A stretch of DNA of 62,454 bases, the filler included, from Chiloscyllium plagiosum (lineage: Eukaryota), in NCBI RefSeq assembly GCF_004010195.1. It is 4 parts of one record of this genome, joined end to end, with 100 filler letters (N's around TTAATTAATTAA, not from the genome) between each part and the next. Parts side by side here need not be neighbours in the genome. Positions count along the whole stretch, not along the records: positions 1 to 19,025 come from NC_057714.1; positions 19,126 to 33,199 come from NC_057714.1; 2 more parts are not named here. One strand, written 5' to 3'. How positions within the stretch are numbered: the stretch's first letter is position 1; each line of letters begins with the position of its first letter. Shown in pieces: positions 12,250 through 23,187 of this stretch. The position numbers and the translations under genes were made by a program. Under the pieces are notes generated by a model. It saw nothing but the letters and a program-made list of their open reading frames with translations. It had not been told where the DNA came from and did not search any database.

Positions 12250-14410
12250 GGTTCTTCTGTTCTACCACACTACCCAAGGCCCTACCATTAATTACCTCAG
12301 TCCATTCGCCCATCTGACCAAGGTCACATTTTAAAAATAACCTCTTCACTATCCACAACATCACCAATTTTGTTGTTATCTGCAAACTTACAAATCATAA
12401 CCTACTATATTCACATCCAAATCCTTTATATAAATGGTAAAATTCAGTGGACCCATCACCAATCCTTGCAGTACACTGATGGTCACAGACAGCCTCCAGT
12501 CTAGAAAACACACCTCTACCACCACCCTCTGTATCCTACCATGAAGCCAATTTTGTATCCAATTGGCTAGCTCCCCCGGGATTCCATATGATCTAACCCT
12601 GCTAACCAGTCTACCCAGGTAGAACCTTCCTGAAGAAGGGCCTGTGCCCGAAACGTCGAATCTCCTGTTCCCTGGATGCTGCCTGACCTGCTGCGCTGTT
12701 CCAGCAATAAAGTTTCAACTTTGATCTCCAGCATCTGCAGACCTCACTTTCTCCTAGAACCTTGTCAAATGCCTTGCTGAAGTCAATATAGACAATGTCC
12801 ACCATTCTGCCTTAATCAATCTTCTTTGTCATTTCTTCAAAAAACTGAAACAAGTTAGTGAGACATGATTTCCCACGCACAAAGCCTTGAGACTATCCCA
12901 TATTCAGTCTTTGCTTTTCCAAATGCATGTAAATCCTGTCTCTCAGAAATCCTCTCCAATAATTTACCCACCACTGACGTAATGCTCACCGATTTATAGT
13001 TCCCTGGTTTTTCCTCACCACTTTTCCTAAATAATGGCACCACATTAACCAAACTCTAGTCTTCTGGCACCTCATTCATGGCTACCAATGATACAAATAT
13101 ATCAGCAGGGGGCCCAGCAATCACTTCCCTAGCTTCCCACAAAGTTCTGGGTTACACCAAATCTGTTCACATTTTCTGCAACCATTTTTTCAGTGTTCAT
13201 TCATGTGTCGTCAGTGTGTTTTTGTGTAAAGAAAATCTTGCCTAATAGTTATTCCTTGAGGAAGTAACAAGCAATGTAAATCAAGGGAAACTAGTGGTTT
13301 TTTAAATTTAATCGTGGGATGTTAGCACCATTGGCTAGGCCAGCATTTATTGTCCACCCCCAATTGCGCAAAAGAAGGTAGTGATGATCTGCCCTTTTCA
13401 ACCTGCTGTCCTTGGGGTCTAAGAACACTAGCAGTGCTGTAAGGAAGGCAGTTCCTGGAGTTTCACACAGTGACAGTGAAGGAACAGCAATATAGGGGAT
13501 GATGTTGTGTAGCTTGGAAGGGAATATGTAGGTGGTAATGCTCCCGTGCGCCCACTTCTCTTGATCTTCCAAGTCTTACAAAGGTTGGTGGCCCAAGGAC
13601 ACAGCCCTGAGGCACTCCTACAGGTACTCTCTGAGGCTTAGATGATTAGCCGCCAACAACCACGACAATCTTCCTTTACACTAGGTTTGACTTATTTTGC
13701 TGAAGCTCCTCAGATGCTGCCTGAACTGCTGTGCTCTTCCAGCACCATTGATCCAGAATCCTTGACTTCAGCCAGAGTTGAGTTTTCCCTGATTCCCATT
13801 GAGTTTAAATTGCTGGTGCTCCTTTTTGTCACATTTCACCAAATGTTTCCCTGATGTCAAAGGTGGTTATGTTCATCTCAGATGGAGTTTAATTCAGATA
13901 AATGCAAGGTGCTGCATTTTGGGAAAGCAAATCTTAGCAGGACTTATACACTTAATGGTAAGGTCCTAGGGAGTGTTGCTGAACAAAGAGACCTTGGAGT
14001 GCAGGTTCATAGCTCCTTGAAAGTAGAGNNNNNNNNNNNNNNNNNNNNNNNNNNNNNNNNNNNNNNNNNNNNNNNNNNNNNNNNNNNNNNNNNNNNNNNN
14101 NNNNNNNNNNNNNNNNNNNNNNNNNNNNNNNNNNNNNNNNNNNNNNNNNNNNNNNNNNNNNNNNNNNNNNNNNNNNNNNNNNNNNNNNNNNNNNNNNNNN
14201 NNNNNNNNNNNNNNNNNNNNNNNNNNNNNNNNNNNCAATTGCAACATTTAAGATGTATTTGGATGGGTATATGAATAGGAAGGGTTTGGAAGGATATGGG
14301 CCGGGTGCTGGCAGGTGGGACTAGATTGGGTTGGGATGTCTGGTCGGCATGGACAGGTTGGACCGAAGGGTCTGTTTCCATGCTGCACATCTCAATGACT
14401 CTATGACTGT
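12250..14410. mobile_element. CR1 LINE fragments (12250-13160 -, 13881-14410 +) with an older LINE remnant between
   Basis: [38 protein letters not shown] motifs. Confidence 0.82.
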
Positions 14411-14419
14411 AATAGGTGT

Positions 14420-15075
14420 GTAGTCTGTGTCCCAATGCTATGTCAGAATGGATAGTATTAGAGTTTTACATGGATTCATGCAGTTTTTGAGCAAAATGCA
14501 AAAACAAATTCACCTCATGAGCTTATATGTGTGTGCATGAAGGAGCAACAGATTGAGTGTGCATGTTAGTGTGTGAGTGCATGCGATAGTGGGTGTGTGT
14601 GAGTGTGATGGGGTATGTGTGAGAGGGTGTGTGTGCAGGGGGTGTATGTGTGTGTATACGAGAGAGAGCTTGTGTATGAGGGAGGGTCTGAATTTGTTGG
14701 AGTGTGTGTGTTTGAGAGGGAGAGAGTGTATTGTGCAGTGGGGTTACCTGTAGTGTGAGATGAACCCAAGGTCCCAGTTGAGGCCAAACCCATGGGTACT
14801 GAACTTAGCTATCAGCTTCTGCTCAGCCACTCTGCGTTGTTGCTTGTCCTGAAGGATGGTCACCTGAAGGTCCGAGGCCGAATGTCCTGGACCACTGAAG
14901 TGTTCTCTGATGGGGAGGGCACACTTCCTGTCTGGTGATTGTTGTGCAGTATCCATTCATGCATTGTCATAGCATCTGCTCGGTCTCACCAATGTACCAT
15001 GCTTCAGGACATCCTTGACTGCAGCGTATACGATAGACAACGTTGGCTGAGTCACATGAGTACTCGCCGTGTACA
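14420..15075 (-). mobile_element. Penelope-like element fragment (GIY-YIG domain and (CA)-rich 3' region)
   Basis: Minus-strand NVVYRIRCSQGCPEAWYIGETEQ ... EHFSGPGHS ... EQKLIAKFSTHGFGLN are typical PLE endonuclease motifs. Confidence 0.8.
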
Positions 15076-15769
15076 ATTCTTATTGTATGCTAATACATTA
15101 CCCATAATACCATGAGGTCCAATCTTATGCAATAATCTTTTATGTGGCACCTTATCAATTCCCTTCTGAAATCCAAATGCACCACATTTACTGGGTCCCC
15201 GTTTATCTCCTTTATGATATATCTTCAAAGAACTCGAGAAAATTTGTCAAACATGATTTTCCTTTTATGACTCTGCTGGTTGTGAAGGAGGGTCACTGTT
15301 CCCGAAATGTTAACTCTGTTTTCTTTCTCCACAGATGCTGTGGGACCTGCTGAGTTTCTCCAGCTTTAGAGCATCTGCAATTCTTTTTTTGAGCATGTTG
15401 GCTTTGTTTGATTGTGTTTAGCTTTTCAGAATGTCCTACTATTTCTTCCTTAATCATGGACTCGAGCATTTTCCCAGGGATAAATGTTAAGCCAACTGGC
15501 CGTAGTTTCTTGCTTTCAGTCTCCCTCCTTTCTTGAGTAACACATTATCAGTTTTGCAACCCGATTGAACGCTCCCAGCAAATTCAACAAGTTCTTCATT
15601 AGTTTTTTTGGACATCCGCTCCTAGTTCCTAAAACATTCCCAATCCTCTGGCCTACCACATGGCTCACCATTTTGTATATCTCGATTGGATACATTCCTC
15701 AATCACCTTTGTTCATCATGTGTGACCATGTTGCTCCTTTAACAAGGTTATGCAGTCCTTGGCTTTATT

Positions 15770-16356
15770 TTCAGCGAGGTTGTAAATGACACAGACTCCG
15801 AAAAGTCCGGAGGTGAAGGGGTTTAGGGCCAAGTTGATAATAGCTAACGGAGACTGCCTCAGACAGAAGGCTTTCAAGTTTTAAAACAGACTGCTGGTAC
15901 AATTGAAGGGGGTGTGGCCTGTTCTCCCAGCTCAGCTTTTCTCTGGTTTGGTTTTTGCTTTTAGCAGTAGTGTGGAAAAAGGTTGCTGGACCCAAAGAAG
16001 CAGGTAAGGCTGGTCCTCTCTCTCTGACTTCCCTCCTGTAAGACCCTGTGTTTGATTTTACCTTTTGTGCCAAGGGGTGTTTATGGGGATTGTTGCAAGT
16101 ATTTGGAACAGCATCGTTAAGTTGGGTTAGTCTGTTGGGTTTTCAGATAGGATAGATTATTCGGTATTCTGTTTTCTGTTGTTGGTGTTTCATTCAGTAA
16201 TCTTGTAAATAAATTCTGTTTTGTTTCAAACTAAGTGGGTTGACCAACGGCATTTCTCCTGGAATACCCACTTTACATCTGCTTAAAACAATGAGCAAAG
16301 TTAGGGTCTGTGCTATCTTCTTGAAAGGTTTTGAGGGGTCTAGCCTGGTCCATAAT
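15770..16356 (+). mobile_element. Possible LTR remnant inserted in a decayed CR1
   Basis: Interrupts a minus-strand CR1 remnant; contains AATAAA; boundaries approximate. Confidence 0.4.
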
Positions 16357-17831
16357 GGATGTTCATCTTTTTCTGCGTTTTTGACCAGAATACATTTTCG
16401 TGAGCACTTTGAAATATTTGCTTCATTCTCTGTCACTGCTCATCCATTGACTTTTCCCTTAGTCTGTTTTCCCAGACTACATTAGAAGAATCTTTCTCTG
16501 TACCTCTGTTTGTCCTTATTGAAGTTCAGGACATTGATTTGAGATCCGAGTTTACCTTCCTCAAACTGAAATTCAAATCCCACCCCTAGAGGATCCTTAA
16601 CTTTGAGATCTCTCTTAACCCAAAGATGTGCAGGTCAGGTGAATTGGCCATGCTAAAATTGGCTCAGTGTTAGGTGCATTAGTCAGAGGTAAATATAGGG
16701 GAGGGGAGTGGGGCTGGGTGGATTACTCTTTGGAGGGTCGGTGTGGACTTGTTGGGTCAAATGGCCTGTTTCCTCACTGAAGGTAATCTAATCTAATCTG
16801 AAGCTCTGCCTCATTACACATTACTAGATCGAAAATAATCTGTTCCTGGACAGATTCTGCAATGTTCTGCCAGAAGAAACTATCGCTGATGCTTGCTACA
16901 AATTCATCTTCCATGTGTACCTGTGCTGTTAACGTGTAGATTAAATCACCCATGGCAATTGTACTTCTCTTAATGCCTCCATCATTGCTGCATTTAGTTG
17001 TCCTGTTGTGGGGCAACTTTTTGATTTGATTTCATTTATTATTGTCACGTGTATTTAGGTACAGTGAAAAGTTTTGTTTTGCATGCAGTACAGGCAGATC
17101 ATACCATACAAAGTGCATTAGGGTAAAAGAACACAGCACGGAATACAATGTTTCATGGGCTTATAGATAACTCCCAACCGTAACTTCTTTTCCTTGGTGT
17201 TCCTGGCTTGTACACAAACTGATTCCATGTCACAATCTCTTGCCCTATCCTTTATTTACAAAGCTATCCCACTAGAGTGGAGGGTGCATGGAAAGCACTG
17301 CAGCAGTGGTAGTAGACTCAGATATATTAGTGACTCTAGGATAGGCACACGGATGATAGTAAAATGAAGGGTATGTAGGTTAGTCTGATGTGAGAGTAGG
17401 ACAAAAGGCTGGCATAACATCAAGGGCTGAAGGGCGTGTACTGCACTGTATTGTTCTATGTACCTCATGTTCCTTTTTGCCTTTCTTCTGGAACTTTGAA
17501 TATCGCTGAATATTGATTTCCCAGGCTTGGTCACCCTCCAATCACATCTCCATAACAGCAATCAAGTCTGACTCATATTTTTATTTGAACCATCAACTCT
17601 TCTTTTTATAAATGCTATGTACATTCAAACAAAGAGTCTAGATGTTTTAACCACTCTCTCTGGCTTTCATTGCTGCAACACCCTTCTGCATTTTTTTTTA
17701 CCCCTTTCTTGTCACACTGGGTTTTGTTAGTCTTTTCGCTACCCTACACCTCTGCTTGATGGTTTCGATTTGATTTTTTAAACTCACCTTCAATCCCCCA
17801 ATAATTAACTTACAGCTTTATATAACTCATA

Positions 17832-18412
17832 TGTGGGATATAAATGAATTAATGTTATTTCTGCAAGTATAAATTCTGATACAGAATAGGAATGAGAAAA
17901 TACATATTCAGCAAAAAGAAAGGATATGTGAGCATGAGACATGAATACAGAACAATGGTGGATATATGGTCAAACAGGAAAACATCTGTTCTCCTCGCTT
18001 GTACAGAGACACAGGAACAAACCCTAATTAAAGAGCAAAGTGGCCTCTGGATAGAAATAGATGCTGATAGAAGAAAAGATATGCCTAATCAATAATCTAT
18101 TATAGACTGACGTCAAACACCCTTATGGGAGTCAGAGATAAGAGTTTGTCACGGACAAAACAGGATAAACAGAAGTTGTGGGATCAGTCTTAAGGAAATG
18201 AGTGACGTAAGCGAAGCAGGGAACAAACAATGGAATAAGGAAAAATATGGGGATTCAAACTGAATAAATTTCGAGAGTTTGTTGGATTTGGTGTGCATTT
18301 TGTCATTACCTTACCAGGTAATTAGACAAAGCACCCATCTATAGGTGTACAAATAAATGGCTGATCAGAAATAAGTCTCGGACTGAAATTATTAAAGCTT
18401 TTGTTTCTCACA
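17832..18412 (+). mobile_element. Probable solo LTR
   Basis: Begins TGTGGGA and ends TCTCACA (imperfect inverted ends TG...CA), AATAAA near the 3' end, CRE-like TGACGTCA at about 18108-18115. No TSD seen. Confidence 0.55.
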
Positions 18413-20245
18413 TTCCAGGATACAAATGCTACAGGAAGGATAGAAAGGGGGGTGGCAAGAGAGGAGGGGGAGTGGCATTTATGGTTGGGGATAACATTAC
18501 AGCTGTACTGAGGGAGGATATTCCTGGGAATATGTCCAGGCAAGTTATTTGGATGGAACTGAGAAATAAGAAAGATGATCACCTTATTGGGATTGTACTA
18601 TAAACCCCCCACTAGTCAGGAGGAAATTGAGAAACAAATTTGTAAGGAGATCTCAGTTATCTGTAAGAATAATATGGTGGGTATGGTGGGGGGTTTAAAA
18701 AATATATTTTCATTGAAAAATTATAAAAATATGAAAATATATTTTAACAATAAAAACAACAACAATAAACAATAAACTAACTACTATACAAAAGAACTCA
18801 CAACTACACTCATTACACATCAATAAATAAATAAGGAAATAAATAACGCTGCTCAGCGTAACAAGACCTCAGCTCTCAACTTTCAGGAGCATCAACTATT
18901 AAACCCACATTTGCTCACAATTCTTCCTCTCAAGACATTTGGCTTATTAAACCAAACTGCCATGGCCAGACCAAAGCCCTAATTAAAATGGCGGACAGAT
19001 CTGCTTCCAAATAATTCAAAAAGGGNNNNNNNNNNNNNNNNNNNNNNNNNNNNNNNNNNNNNNNNNNNNTTAATTAATTAANNNNNNNNNNNNNNNNNNN
19101 NNNNNNNNNNNNNNNNNNNNNNNNNGGGGAAAGATATAAAAGAGACCTAAGGGGCAACTTTTTCACACAGAGGGTGGTACGTGTATGGAATGAGCTGCCA
19201 GAGGATGTGGTGGAGGCTGGTACAATTGTAACATTTAAAAGGCATCTGGATGGGTATATGAATAGGAAGGGTTTGGAGGGATATGGGCCTGGTGCTGGCA
19301 GGTGGGACTAGATTGGATTGGGATATCTGGTCGGTGTGGACAGGTTGGACCGAAGGGTCTGTTTCCATGCTGTATACCTCTATGACTGTATGACTCTCAA
19401 CAGGCAGAGGGAGGTAGAGGTGCAGACATGTTGGCAAATCACAGGGAGGTCTGTGAGGGGAAGAGGGTTATAGTCATAGGGGATTTCAACTTTGCTAACA
19501 TTAACTGGGATCACCTTAAAGTGAAAGGATTAGACTGGGTGAAATTTTTAAAGTGGGTCCAGGAGATCTTTCTGTGCCAATATGTAAATAGTCCTGCTCG
19601 GGAAAGGACAGTGCTTGGGAATGAAGCTGGTCAAGTGTTTGAAGTGTCAGTCATATCCCTCTCCCTGGTGAGGCAGTTGTGGTCACTGTCACCGAAATGC
19701 TCTACTACTGAGAGACCTGACACCTGGCCTGGCTCGTTGCCTAGCACCAATTCCAATATGGCCTCTCCCTAGTCGACCTATCTACATACTAAATCAGGAA
19801 TTCCTCCTGGACACACCTGACAAAAGCGGCTCCATTCATACCATCTGCACTAAGAAAGTTCCAATCAATATCGGGGAAGTTGAAGTCACCCATAACAACA
19901 ACTCTGTTACATCTGCACCTTTCCAAGATCTGCTATCCAATCTGTACTTCCATCTCTCTGCTGTTATTGGGGGTCTATTAGAAAACACCTAATAAAGTAA
20001 CTGCTCCTTTCCTGTTACTGACTTCCACCCATACTGACACAGTGGACAAACCCTCCTCTACAACCTCCTTTTCTGCAGCTGTGATGCACTCTGTAATTAA
20101 CAATGCTACTCCCCTCCTCTTTTACACCTCTCCCCTGCCTCTTATTCTTTTTGAAATATCTAAACTCTGGAACATACAGCAACCATTCCTGCCCCAGTGA
20201 AATCCATGTCTCCGTTATGGCCACAACATTGTAGTTCCAAGTCTT
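18413..20245. mobile_element. CR1 endonuclease-region and 3' end fragments, plus an L1/Tx1-like 3' end (about 18700-19025, -)
   Basis: IPGYKCYRKDR, GDFNFANINW, VAITETW motifs. Confidence 0.75.
19026..19125. other. Artificial 100-nt scaffold linker (N-run, TTAATTAATTAA, N-run); also at 33200-33299 and 57787-57886. Plain N gaps at 14029-14235 and 40410-40820
   Basis: Identical 12-mer with stops in all six frames, embedded in Ns three times. Confidence 0.95.
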
Positions 20246-20519
20246 AGAAGAGATCTGAGAATCAACAATGGTTTGCTGGTCATCACAGATTCTTGATTCC
20301 AGATTTTTATTACGTTCTACCATCTGCCCTGGTGGGATTCGAACCCAGGTCCACAGAACATAACCTGAGTCTCTGGGTTAAGAGTCCGGCGATAATACCA
20401 CTAAGTCTTTGAGTCCCCTTACAGTGTACAGTATTCCAGGTTTCATTAATAAGTAATTAATTCAGTGTCAAGTTCAACAGTTTTCAGGCATGAGCAGCTT
20501 TCCCTATGTCTTTCCCCCT

Positions 20520-20840
20520 CCCCCACGCACCAGGTCTTGCCATCACACGAGCTGCTGCCACACACAACCCATTGTCAGCCTCGAACAGGTCTCAGTAGCA
20601 GCCAGTCATTCTCCTAGGCTGACCTTTGTCCAACTGTGTTTCTCTCTCTTTGGGCTCTATCTCCACCTATTGTTTAGTCCTTCCCCTCCCACCACCCTTT
20701 CTTCTATAAAAGTAATAACCTTTTCCTAGCTATCATCAGTTCTGAAGAAGGGTCATCAGACCCGAAACATTAACTCTGCTTTCTCTCCACAGATGCTGAC
20801 AGATTTGCCGAGTTTATCTAGCAATTTCTATTCTTGTTTC
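20520..20840 (+). mobile_element. PLE-related short element (family C) with a hammerhead core; related copies near 15278-15390, 43843-44048 (palindromic) and 1835-1960
   Basis: AGTT-CTGAAGA-AGGGTC-ATCA-GACCC-GAAACATT-AACT at about 20738-20775, followed by CTCCACAGATGCTG. Confidence 0.65.
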
Positions 20841-21148
20841 ATTAACAGGGACATAGAGTACCTAATGTCTCCACCTCCTGATGCTATCTGGCTTGCTGTG
20901 TTCTTCCAGCTTTCTGCTTGTTTATATAGAGTACAAGAGCAGGGAGGTTATATTGATCTTGTACAGAACACAGGTCAGACCTCAGCTGGATATTGAGAAC
21001 AGTTATGGGCACCACACTATAGGGAAAAATGTGAATGTATTAGAGAGAGTACAGAAGACGTTTACAAATATAGTTCCAGGGATGAGAAATTTCAGTTATT
21101 CTCCTTAGAGAGGAGTGGATGTACAAAGAAACAGGAAGTACATCCTAC

Positions 21149-21193
21149 CTGTCAGGAAGTCTTCATAGTCATAGTGGCTGGAGAAACCATCTG
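21149..21193 (-). CDS. Micro-exon gene, exon 7 ((A)DGFSSHYDYEDFLT); the downstream terminal exon was not identified with certainty
   Basis: Acceptor TTCTCATTTCCTCTCTCCAG followed by a second CAG (NAGNAG, giving 45 or 42 nt), donor CAG|GTAGGA, symmetric phase 1. Confidence 0.75.
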
Positions 21194-21496
21194 CTGGAGA
21201 GAGGAAATGAGAACGTTACTGACTGCCCCTCACTCTTCAACCTTCGCAAAGTTCTCACCCCAACCCAGTTCCCTGGCCCTCAGCTTAATGCTGGGCTCCG
21301 AATGTTTGAGAATATTGATCCAGTGGGTGAGGTCCTGAAGCCAATCCAATCCTTTTTCCATGGAACATTAGTAAGTGGAGAGCAGCCTCTCCCAATGGAA
21401 CCAGAACAGGGACTGGCTGAATTAGTTATTACTGCTTCATCATCGGCACGCAATTCTCTTCTACTGAACGCTTTCCAAATTAAAGTCATCTCCTAC

Positions 21497-21529
21497 CTTC
21501 ATCGAGAGAGTGGGAATCTGCTGAGGAGG
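21497..21529 (-). CDS. Micro-exon gene, exon 6 (SSSADSHSLDE)
   Basis: Very strong acceptor TTTCTTTTTCTTTCTCCCTCAG, donor AAG|GTAGGA, 33 nt, symmetric phase 1. Confidence 0.75.
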
Positions 21530-22892
21530 CTGAGGGAGAAAGAAAAAGAAATTTGAGTGACTTCTCCTCAGAAACAACACCCCGATAAAGTGTCTACAAA
21601 GCCAGCCCTTCGGCCCATCAAGTATCCTGTGCCATCCATTAACGTTGTGGCTGGTCTGATTGTTGTCCATTTTTCCTGCCTCATCCCTCCATAACCTTTG
21701 ACTCCCTTGTTGGTCAAGAACTTTTCTATAGTGGCCTTAAAAATCCCGAATGACCCTGCCTCCATCACTGTCTGAGGAAGAGAGAACCAAAACGTAAACT
21801 AGCCTCAGAGAAAACATTTCTCCTCATCTCACCTTAAACAGGAGACCTCTGCTTTTTAAATTGTGTCCCCTATTCTGATCTTCCCCACAAGGGGAAACAT
21901 CCTTTCAACATCTTCCCTGTCAACTCTTCAGAGCATCTTCTATGCTCAAATAAAACTGGTTCTAAACAGCAACAGATGCAGGCCCAGTGATCAAACCTTC
22001 CTCATGGAAGAACACCTCCACCCTCCAACCCTGATTCCAGGAATCAGTTGATTACCTTTAGCTTCTCTGAGCTGCTTTGAAAGCAATCAAGCCCTTTTTC
22101 ATCTAAAAGGAGACCATAACTGGACACGGTGCACCAGATGTGGTCTCGCCAACGATCTGTGCAACTGCAATGACTTTTCCTACTCTGATATTCCATACCC
22201 CATATGATTCACAGCAATGATCTATTAGCCTTGCTCATCACCTGTTGTCCCTGCACTCACTTTATCTGAACCAGGACCCCCAGATCCCTCTGTACCTCAA
22301 CATCCACGTAAACAATTCACTACTTTCTTATCCTTCCTGTCAGTTGCAAACTCTTTGTCCATAAGACCATCTGCAAAGCAAAAGGAAGCCACTTGATTTA
22401 TACTGTCTACCCTCACAGAAATCCAGTCAAGCCCCTCTCTCCTGTTCAATCCCTGAACCCCTGCAGGTCAATGTCTTTCAAATTCCCATCCAATTTCCAT
22501 TTGAAATGATTGATCTCTGTTTCCAATCCCCTCCTGTGCAGTGAGTTCCAGGTCATTGCCACTCACTGTCTAAACAAGGCCTTTCTCACATTTCCCCCCT
22601 TTCCTGCCTTGACAAAGACTAATTCTCTTGGTCCCCTGGTCCTTGGTCATCAGCTAATAGGAACAGTGTTTGCCCTGTCTACATTGTCTGAACCTGTCAT
22701 AGTCCTGTACACCTCTAACAAATCCTCCCTCAACCTGTTGTGTTGCAGTGAGAACCACCCCAGCCTCTCCAGCATCTACCTATAGCTCGCCACCACCTTC
22801 TTCAAGGGGTAACTAGGGACGGGTAATAAACCCTGGGCCCTGGGCCAACCAGCGATGCCCATGTCTCCTGAGTGAATAAAGACCATACTTAC

Positions 22893-22925
22893 AGCCCACG
22901 AGAGTTCTCACCAGTCTGGAATGAC
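22893..22925 (-). CDS. Micro-exon gene, exon 5 (SHSRLVRTLVG), containing RxxR
   Basis: Acceptor CTGTCTCCTTCTGATTCCAG, donor GTAAGT, 33 nt, symmetric phase 1. Confidence 0.75.
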
Positions 22926-23148
22926 CTGGAATCAGAAGGAGACAGCATGTGACTTGATCTTCCTTCCCACGCCCCTCTCCCCATATAGCTGCTCAGTAAG
23001 ATTGTTATAGAACCTTTCCGCTACTCCAAACACACTGCACCCCATCCCCCAACAACCCAATTGCCCCCTCCACCCCGGAAGCAAATGCTTCATCTGCACA
23101 AGCCCAAAACACAGCAGAAACTAGAATGAGTCAAACAGGATTACTCAC

Positions 23149-23187
23149 TTCCCAACGAGTCCGAGGATTTTTTGGAATGTGGCTTCC
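23149..23187 (-). CDS. Micro-exon gene, exon 4 (GKPHSKKSSDSLG)
   Basis: Acceptor TGTCTTCTTTCCACCTTCACAG, donor GTGAGT, 39 nt, symmetric phase 1. Confidence 0.75.

Noticed and set aside
19070..19081. TTAATTAATTAA palindrome occurring three times
   Set aside because: Always embedded in N runs totalling 100 nt; an assembly linker, not biology.
21119..21556. 145-aa plus-strand ORF
   Set aside because: No recognisable motif; it is the antisense shadow of minus-strand exons 6 and 7, whose splice signals explain the sequence better.
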